DNA of 64,000 nt from IMG/VR virus record IMGVR_UViG_3300050015_000370; one strand, given 5' to 3'. Positions 57,816 to 64,000 of the stretch are shown in pieces. Position 1 is the stretch's first letter; each line of letters opens with the position of its first letter. Origin of the DNA: an uncultured virus (IMG/VR IMGVR_UViG_3300050015_000370). Lineage: Duplodnaviria; Heunggongvirae; Uroviricota; Caudoviricetes. Under the pieces are notes generated by a model, which had not been told where the DNA came from, ran no database searches, and saw only the letters and a program-made list of their open reading frames with translations. The position numbers and the translations under genes are program-made.

Positions 57816-58061
57816 ATGGAAAGTATAGTAAATTTTTTAACACTGAATGGGTTTTTTGCTGTTTCATTCCCATCGGATAACATTCTTAAGAATGATAAAT
57901 GTATCGTAGAAATAAGCATAGACGATGATTGTTATGGTGTTACGACACCAACCGGTACAACCTATAGTAATGGTTTATCTATTTATTGGTTAATAGGTTT
58001 TTTGACATATAATGATTTAATGAATAAGAATTATAGGATGATTAAAAAACGTAAAAAATAA
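57816..58061 (+). CDS. Hypothetical protein
   Basis: IYWLIGFLTY. Confidence 0.6.
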   Translation: MESIVNFLTLNGFFAVSFPSDNILKNDKCIVEISIDDDCYGVTTPTGTTYSNGLSIYWLIGFLTYNDLMNKNYRMIKKRKK

Positions 58062-58063
58062 TC

Positions 58064-58330
58064 ATGAAAGCAAATCAGTTAGCCGAAGTTATGAGTAAAT
58101 TAGACCCCACCAAACGCATTAAATTTAAAAATAGCGCTGGGTGGGGTTCATCTACAATGGCTATTAATGCCATAATAGAGCAAGGAAACACATATATTTT
58201 AATCTGGGCATGTCATCCATATTGTATACAACAAGATTTAGTAGAAGGTCAGAAATTAGTATGGTATAATCCAAATAATCACGCTTCAGAACTTGTTAAA
58301 AAATTCTTCCCAGATTATGTAAGTATCTAA
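58064..58330 (+). CDS. Hypothetical protein
   Basis: ORF in operon. Confidence 0.55.
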   Translation: MKANQLAEVMSKLDPTKRIKFKNSAGWGSSTMAINAIIEQGNTYILIWACHPYCIQQDLVEGQKLVWYNPNNHASELVKKFFPDYVSI

Positions 58331-58512
58331 ATTCTTACATTACTTAAAAAGTTAAAAAGGCCAAATACCTTAAACAACCATATCACGATAATAATTACCG
58401 TTACAATGTTTAATATTTGTTTTATTTTAACATCCATCGGTATGTATGTGTTTATAACCCATAGTAAAACACCGATGATTATCAACACGATTAATATTTG
58501 AAGTAGTGCCAT
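58327..58512 (-). CDS. Small two-TM membrane protein (Thivi_2564-like)
   Basis: LIIIGVLLWVINTYIPMD.KIK.ILNIV..IIIVIWL. Confidence 0.7.
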   Translation of the reverse strand: MALLQILIVLIIIGVLLWVINTYIPMDVKIKQILNIVTVIIIVIWLFKVFGLFNFLSNVRI

Positions 58513-58540
58513 ATTTTATATAATTATTTTTATACTATAC

Positions 58541-58548
58541 TATATATC
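58541..58548 (-). promoter_or_regulatory. Putative late promoter GATATATA
   Basis: Recurrent octamer upstream of ATG 58512. Confidence 0.5.
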
Positions 58549-58643
58549 TACATTTATATATTCTTTAAATAATAAATTTTCAGTTTTTATAATTATTTTT
58601 CGGGTTTTTCAATTAAAAAATGTTTAGATTCGGATTTTTTAGT

Positions 58644-58654
58644 TATATTTACCC
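58644..58654 (+). promoter_or_regulatory. Early promoter variant TATATTTACCC
   Basis: Upstream of ATG 58671. Confidence 0.5.
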
Positions 58655-58670
58655 TATCAAAATATACGCC

Positions 58671-59228
58671 ATGAAAACAGAAAGAAAGGAAATTTTAACC
58701 CAACTCGAATTACTTCTCAAAACCCATGATTGGAATTATGTACGTTCAAATGTTGGTACTGTTTTTAATAAAGGAATACACGAGGAACGCACAATAGATG
58801 AATTTTTGCGAATGCTTGGTCTTACCCGTAGTTGTGATCTATACAAAAAATATTCTTTTGTATATAATGAAACAGAAAAACCTCGAATTTCAATGTTCAA
58901 AAGAGGAGATATAGTGATGTTTAATTGTAATTATGAAGGTAAACATTTTCACGGTATTGGGGAAATCTATTCAATATTAAGTAATATCAAGGATAACACC
59001 CAATATGAAACTAATTTTATCCACCCGTTGGTTTTATCCAAAAGTGCTTCAACACCGCCTTCAAAATTTGAGGTAGAATCTGCACACCTAAGCAAACTCC
59101 CAAAGGCATTTACATCACCATGTGTTCTTCAGGAATCTGGATGGGTTTTATTGGAAGGCGCAGAAAAACACGGTTATAAGGTAGGAAGCTATTCTGAATG
59201 GAAGCAGTTTTTAGAAACAATCAAATAA
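58671..59228 (+). CDS. Hypothetical protein
   Basis: Start moved to ATG 58671, downstream of the promoter; HDW.Y..S. Confidence 0.6.
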   Translation: MKTERKEILTQLELLLKTHDWNYVRSNVGTVFNKGIHEERTIDEFLRMLGLTRSCDLYKKYSFVYNETEKPRISMFKRGDIVMFNCNYEGKHFHGIGEIYSILSNIKDNTQYETNFIHPLVLSKSASTPPSKFEVESAHLSKLPKAFTSPCVLQESGWVLLEGAEKHGYKVGSYSEWKQFLETIK

Positions 59229-59230
59229 AA

Positions 59231-59238
59231 GATATATA
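59231..59238 (+). promoter_or_regulatory. Putative late promoter GATATATA
   Basis: 14 nt before ATG 59253. Confidence 0.55.
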
Positions 59239-59252
59239 AAATAAAATCTTTT

Positions 59253-59981
59253 ATGATTGTAAAAGAATCTTTAATTGAAGACACAAAGGCTAGTATGTTA
59301 GCCCAAATACTATTAAATGAAGGCATAAAGGCTAACATAGTAGCCTATACATCATCTAATAAACCTATATATGATGTTCCTTGGCATTCTTCTTATGAAT
59401 CATTTAATGAGACTGAACACGGAGAGGCAGCAAATTATCATTTTGGAAAATATATGGCAAAATGGGATGAACTCGAGAACAAATATGGTGATAGTTGGCA
59501 GGCTAAAAGAAAATATGAAAACAATAGGGAATTAAATAAACATGATGCTAACTGGAAAATTAGTGAAGATAAAAAAAGCAAACTAAGAGAGATAAGAGAA
59601 AAAGCAGAAAAGGCACAAAGAAGGATAGACAAAGCAAAGATTCCTTTAACAAAATGGGAACAACGTGATAAAGATCAGAAAAACGCTGAATCTAGAGAAA
59701 GAAGGATAAAGATGGCTAGTCTTTCACCAGAAAAAAAAGCTGCTGTAGAACGTTTAAAAAATTCAATTGATAGATTATCAGGTCATCATCCACAAGATGA
59801 CGCAGGTTCAGGAGAGACTGTTTCAGAAAAAAGATACCATTTAAGAGCTCAGATTAATAAAATTTTAGATGCTGTTGATTATGACAAGATATTGGATGTA
59901 ATCAATAGCGGCATTTATGATGTTAAAAGTTTAGATCCAGAAGACCTCGAAATCTTCAAAAAAGTTAAAAATATTAAATAG
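59253..59981 (+). CDS. Charged protein with IVKES/LLNEG leader, candidate internal head protein
   Basis: Late promoter; leader resembles that of the LRR-like family; K/E/R-rich. Confidence 0.5.
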   Translation: MIVKESLIEDTKASMLAQILLNEGIKANIVAYTSSNKPIYDVPWHSSYESFNETEHGEAANYHFGKYMAKWDELENKYGDSWQAKRKYENNRELNKHDANWKISEDKKSKLREIREKAEKAQRRIDKAKIPLTKWEQRDKDQKNAESRERRIKMASLSPEKKAAVERLKNSIDRLSGHHPQDDAGSGETVSEKRYHLRAQINKILDAVDYDKILDVINSGIYDVKSLDPEDLEIFKKVKNIK

Positions 59982-59983
59982 GT

Positions 59984-60202
59984 ATGGAACGAAAATTGGT
60001 ACGTGAACATTTAAATGAATCTATAGATTATAAGATTGAAAAATCAAAAACTTATAAAAGAAATCATAGTAAGGAACTTGTGATTGTAACATTTATAGAT
60101 GCCCACATCGTTGAATTTACTCCATTGAATGGAAAAAGAAAAGATATAAATTGTATAGGTATCAAAGATGAATTTATAAAAGATTATTCCCCAATTGATT
60201 AA
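59984..60202 (+). CDS. Small protein with LVREHLNES leader, candidate internal head protein
   Basis: Same leader motif. Confidence 0.5.
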   Translation: MERKLVREHLNESIDYKIEKSKTYKRNHSKELVIVTFIDAHIVEFTPLNGKRKDINCIGIKDEFIKDYSPID

Positions 60203-60213
60203 AAAATTTAATT

Positions 60214-61029
60214 ATGAAAATTAAGGTACCGTTCATTTTACCTACACTCGATTTCAAAAAATCAGAATCTAAAGAATTAAATGTTGAAATGCACATTTCA
60301 GATTCAATGATAGTTAATGGTAATATTGAATATAGTATGGCTATACCCGATTATATATTTAAAGAACTTGCCGATACCGAAGACCAATTTAAAACAGAAT
60401 ATGACCAGAATAATCGGGCGAGAGTAAGTGGGCTATTTTCTGAAAAAACCCTCACCAGAAAATTTAAAAAGACTCAAACTTCAATGCTTATTGGAAATTT
60501 ACAAGATTATATTTTTTCGCTTACACAATTTTTGAATGATAAACATAGTATAGAAACTTCAACCATGAAAAAGAAATTGTTTATTTCTTTTAATCATTCT
60601 GATACACACACAACTAATGGTTTAAATTGTGCATATACTGGTAAGCAAATTAGTCAAAGTTTTAAGTATTTTACTGGTTATGAAGTAATAACGTCAAAGT
60701 TTTCATGTTTAAATAAAGTAGAAAAAAAACAATATATTTCAAAGATATTTTATTCTGCGCCTGGTTCTGCTCTCCGAAAAAACGACACCGGATTTCAAGA
60801 AAAAGAAGATTTATTTTTACAACTTAAAAGGTACAACCAATCAGATCTATCTTTTGAGGATGAATATTCTATCATTGATTGGACAGAAGAAAGGGAGAAT
60901 TTTTGTAAAAAAATTCAAGAAAAATTTATAAAAGTAAATGCCGAGCTTGATATTTTCCTAAAAAATATTGATAATGATAAAATGGAGATATTAATGACAG
61001 ATAGTGGTTTAAAATATCTAAGTGTGTGA
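60214..61029 (+). CDS. Hypothetical protein
   Basis: 271-aa ORF; IDWTEERENF. Confidence 0.65.
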   Translation: MKIKVPFILPTLDFKKSESKELNVEMHISDSMIVNGNIEYSMAIPDYIFKELADTEDQFKTEYDQNNRARVSGLFSEKTLTRKFKKTQTSMLIGNLQDYIFSLTQFLNDKHSIETSTMKKKLFISFNHSDTHTTNGLNCAYTGKQISQSFKYFTGYEVITSKFSCLNKVEKKQYISKIFYSAPGSALRKNDTGFQEKEDLFLQLKRYNQSDLSFEDEYSIIDWTEERENFCKKIQEKFIKVNAELDIFLKNIDNDKMEILMTDSGLKYLSV

Positions 61030-61065
61030 TGTTAGATCTAAAAATTCTAACATTTTAATTTTCTA

Positions 61066-61092
61066 AAACAAATCACAACTATCATAGTATAA
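61066..61092 (+). promoter_or_regulatory. Putative middle promoter AAAC-N18-TATAA
   Basis: Exact spacing; upstream of gp47. Confidence 0.6.
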
Positions 61093-61118
61093 TAAATAGT
61101 TAAATTAACAAACTGTTT

Positions 61119-62234
61119 ATGAGTGATTCTGGAGAATTTCAAGTAAAAACACAATATATTGATTTCAACAAGATATTTTTAGTTTCAGATACACATTGGG
61201 GAGTAAGATCCAACTCATTGGAGTGGATTCAAAATCAGCAAGCATATTTTATCAATTTTTTCATCCCTTACGTAAAATCTAAGTTAGAAACAGGTGACAT
61301 ACTTTGTATACTTGGAGATTGGTTCGATAGTAGACAACTTCTAGATATTCATGTGATGAATATTTCCATAGATATTATAATGGAACTTGCAACTATATTA
61401 CCAATCTATATGATGACAGGTAACCATGATATCTATAAGAAAAATGACACGGACGTCAATTCACTGGCCGCTTTTAGACATATACCCAATGTCACTATTT
61501 ACGAAAAGCCAATCATTATAACTAACAACACATCAAATATCCTGCTGATGCCTTGGATAGGTTCTAAAGAACTTGAGGAATCCTACTTAGAGGATAATAA
61601 GGTAGAATATGTTTTTGCCCACACAACAATCGAAGGATTTAAATATGACAATGGAAGAGACATAACAACAGGCGGGGTTTCAGTTAATAAATTCTCTCAT
61701 ATTAAAAGATTATTTTCAGGACATATACATAAAAGACAAGAAGTTAAAAACTTAATATACTTAGGATCCCCATATCACACAAAACGTTCCGATATCGGTA
61801 ATTCAAAAGGAATATATACATTTATCCCTGATGAAAATGAAATTGTTTTCGAAAAAAATACATTATCTCCAGTTTTCCAAAGGATCAAACTAGAAAATCT
61901 TCTTGACCTAACATTAGATCATTGTAAATATATCTTTCATAATAATTATACAGACGTAATCATCCCAGACAAATACATACACATTTTCCATCTTACAAAA
62001 TTTATAGATTTGCTTGAAGATTGTAAGTATAAAAAGATTGAAACAATCGGAGAGGGTAGAGTCATAGATAATGCCGTCACAATAGCTGATAAGATAGACA
62101 TAAAGGATATCTTATCTTTAATAGAACTTGCCATAGAGGAGTTAGGATTGAATATGGAAACATTGGTTAAATTGAAACTGCTGAACCGAGATTATTACGA
62201 AAAGGCATATAAGGGAGATTCAGATTTAATATAA
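61119..62234 (+). CDS. Recombination nuclease subunit (T4 gp47 / Mre11 / SbcD-like)
   Basis: SDTHWG, LGDWFD, GNHD, SGHIH, YLGSP. Confidence 0.9.
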   Translation: MSDSGEFQVKTQYIDFNKIFLVSDTHWGVRSNSLEWIQNQQAYFINFFIPYVKSKLETGDILCILGDWFDSRQLLDIHVMNISIDIIMELATILPIYMMTGNHDIYKKNDTDVNSLAAFRHIPNVTIYEKPIIITNNTSNILLMPWIGSKELEESYLEDNKVEYVFAHTTIEGFKYDNGRDITTGGVSVNKFSHIKRLFSGHIHKRQEVKNLIYLGSPYHTKRSDIGNSKGIYTFIPDENEIVFEKNTLSPVFQRIKLENLLDLTLDHCKYIFHNNYTDVIIPDKYIHIFHLTKFIDLLEDCKYKKIETIGEGRVIDNAVTIADKIDIKDILSLIELAIEELGLNMETLVKLKLLNRDYYEKAYKGDSDLI

Positions 62235-62244
62235 AAATTATATA

Positions 62245-63936
62245 ATGAGATTAAAATCAATAAGTTATAAAAATATAGGTTGTTTCGGAAATAAAGTACA
62301 AACAGTTATTTATGGTGATGAAGGTGGAATGACACTACTTGCAGCGAAGAATGGATCAGGAAAAACAACATTCTTGAATTTGCCAAAATTACTATTCTAT
62401 GGTAAGATAGAAAAAATAAAGAAGACAGAGATTGCTAATCGTATAAACCAAAACGGATGGATGTTGGGTGTTGTTGAAACGGCACCAGGTGTTTTGGTTA
62501 CAATAGAAAGAAAATTTGCGCCTTCTGATCTTATTGTTTATAAAAACACATCAGGAGATGGAACTCGAGGAGAAGACATCGGAAAGGCAGGAATCTCAAA
62601 TTACCAAGATTATATCGATAACGAGGTCATAGGTTTACCATATAGCATCTATTCAAACATTATCTCACTATCCGTAAACGATTTCAAATCGTTGATGACA
62701 ATGACCCCAAATGATAAAAGGATTATCATTGATAAACTTTTTAACACCGAGATACTGAATAAGATGAATGAACTCATCAAGAAGGATTCAAGGGATATTA
62801 AGATCAATATGGATCTGTTTGACAGGGAGATTGTGTCTATGAAAAGAAACATTGAATCTTCCGTAAAGGAACTAGAAAGATTGAAGGAGAGAATTGATAA
62901 GAACAAAACTGTAAAGGTTGGTGACATCACCTCTAAACTTACAGATTACAAACCTAAGTTAGAAGAAGGTTATGCAAAGCTTGAACAATTCAACAATGCA
63001 AAGAATGACATCATCAAATCCAATACTTTGTTTCTCCAACAGAAGGCAAAGATAACCCATGATATGACACATATCAATTCTCAATTGAAACTATTCGCCC
63101 AAGATATGTGCCCTACATGTGCGACGCCATTTACTGACACGAGATTTGATATAATAAAGGAGAAGTTAAATGATGATATAGTGGAAAAGAAGGAAGAATT
63201 GGAAAAATTAAAAATAACTGAACATAAATTCAACCAAACTTTAACACAATTAAATGCGGGGATAACCAAGATAAATGATTTTATCATAAAATTGAGATCT
63301 GCTTGTAATTCATTGGAATCTGAATTGAAAAAACTAAATTTAGAGAAACCGGAGGAACTTCAAAGTATTCAACGATTGATATCCCAGAATAGCACTAGAC
63401 TTTCATCTCGTCAAGATGAAAAGATGAAATATGATACAGATTATAAGTATCTCGCAATACTTGAACAGCTTTATTCAGATTCTGGAATAAAGAAAAGAAT
63501 TCTAGAAAATTACATTCCTACGATAAATCTTGAGATAGAATACGCTCTAAATGAGCTTCATTTTCCTTATAGATTAAATTTCACAAATGACTTTGAACCA
63601 GAATTAAGACATCTAGGATATGAAATATCTGTTGATACCTTGAGCACAGGTGAAAAGAAAAGGGTTGATATTGCGATATTGATTTCAATAATGCGAATGT
63701 TAAAACGTAAATATCCACAATTAAACCTATTCATGTTAGATGAGATATTAAGTTCAATTGATGCCGATGGTAGGTTTGACTTTTGCCAGATATTGTTTAA
63801 ACTTTCAAAGGAACTAAAATTGAACATATTCATAGTCGACCATTCAGTATTACCATCAGAATATTTTACACAGAGAATAGACATATTCAAAGATAATGGG
63901 TTTAGTGATTACACAATAGAGAGTTTTGTCGATTAA
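62245..63936 (+). CDS. Recombination ATPase subunit (T4 gp46 / Rad50 / SbcC-like)
   Basis: KNGSGKT, CPTC zinc hook, LSTGEKKR, LDE, IVDH. Confidence 0.92.
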   Translation: MRLKSISYKNIGCFGNKVQTVIYGDEGGMTLLAAKNGSGKTTFLNLPKLLFYGKIEKIKKTEIANRINQNGWMLGVVETAPGVLVTIERKFAPSDLIVYKNTSGDGTRGEDIGKAGISNYQDYIDNEVIGLPYSIYSNIISLSVNDFKSLMTMTPNDKRIIIDKLFNTEILNKMNELIKKDSRDIKINMDLFDREIVSMKRNIESSVKELERLKERIDKNKTVKVGDITSKLTDYKPKLEEGYAKLEQFNNAKNDIIKSNTLFLQQKAKITHDMTHINSQLKLFAQDMCPTCATPFTDTRFDIIKEKLNDDIVEKKEELEKLKITEHKFNQTLTQLNAGITKINDFIIKLRSACNSLESELKKLNLEKPEELQSIQRLISQNSTRLSSRQDEKMKYDTDYKYLAILEQLYSDSGIKKRILENYIPTINLEIEYALNELHFPYRLNFTNDFEPELRHLGYEISVDTLSTGEKKRVDIAILISIMRMLKRKYPQLNLFMLDEILSSIDADGRFDFCQILFKLSKELKLNIFIVDHSVLPSEYFTQRIDIFKDNGFSDYTIESFVD

Positions 63937-63961
63937 AATAACTTAAAATGAAAATATTAAA

Positions 63962-64000
63962 ATGAAAACGGATGAATTAAGTGAATTGATAGAATTATCT
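63962..64000 (+). CDS. Start of an ORF running off the window
   Basis: MKTDELSELIELS... Confidence 0.3.
   Translation, partial: MKTDELSELIELS

Noticed and set aside
1..64000. Genome-wide stop-codon reassignment (TAG or TGA)
   Set aside because: Long genes are intact under code 11, and TAA, TAG and TGA all end well-defined genes.

Overview
AT-rich segment of a large T4-like (jumbo) phage genome, most likely infecting Bacteroidota: it carries TAnnTTTG-type promoters, BACON domains and a Bacteroides-type tyrosine recombinase. 1-9.7 kb is a tandem family of variable LRR-like proteins (12 units in 8 ORFs, one of them at 35.5 kb). Their N-termini and inter-unit linkers share a hydrophobic-x-Glu motif like T4 prohead-protease sites. 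They are interleaved with two metallopeptidase paralogs, a degenerate amidoligase-like protein, a gp13-like neck protein and a GIY-YIG endonuclease. 10-16 kb holds a glycosyltransferase, an integrase, an SGNH hydrolase cassette and a phage ribosomal protein S1 homolog. 16-38 kb is putative virion and envelope genes, including a repeat-rich fibre and a beta-helix protein that both have signal peptides. 39-64 kb holds replication and recombination genes among many small early genes. These include an orphan C-terminal half of family-B DNA polymerase that starts with a split-intein C-fragment (the N-half is not in the window), a UvsX/RecA broken by an atypically split intein, gp41 helicase and gp47/gp46. 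Three promoter classes are visible. Three DNA-acting genes (GIY-YIG, integrase and a hidden DUF262 gene) each carry an in-frame TAA in the same TCW-TAA-G context. All functional calls come from motif recognition by eye; no searches were run.
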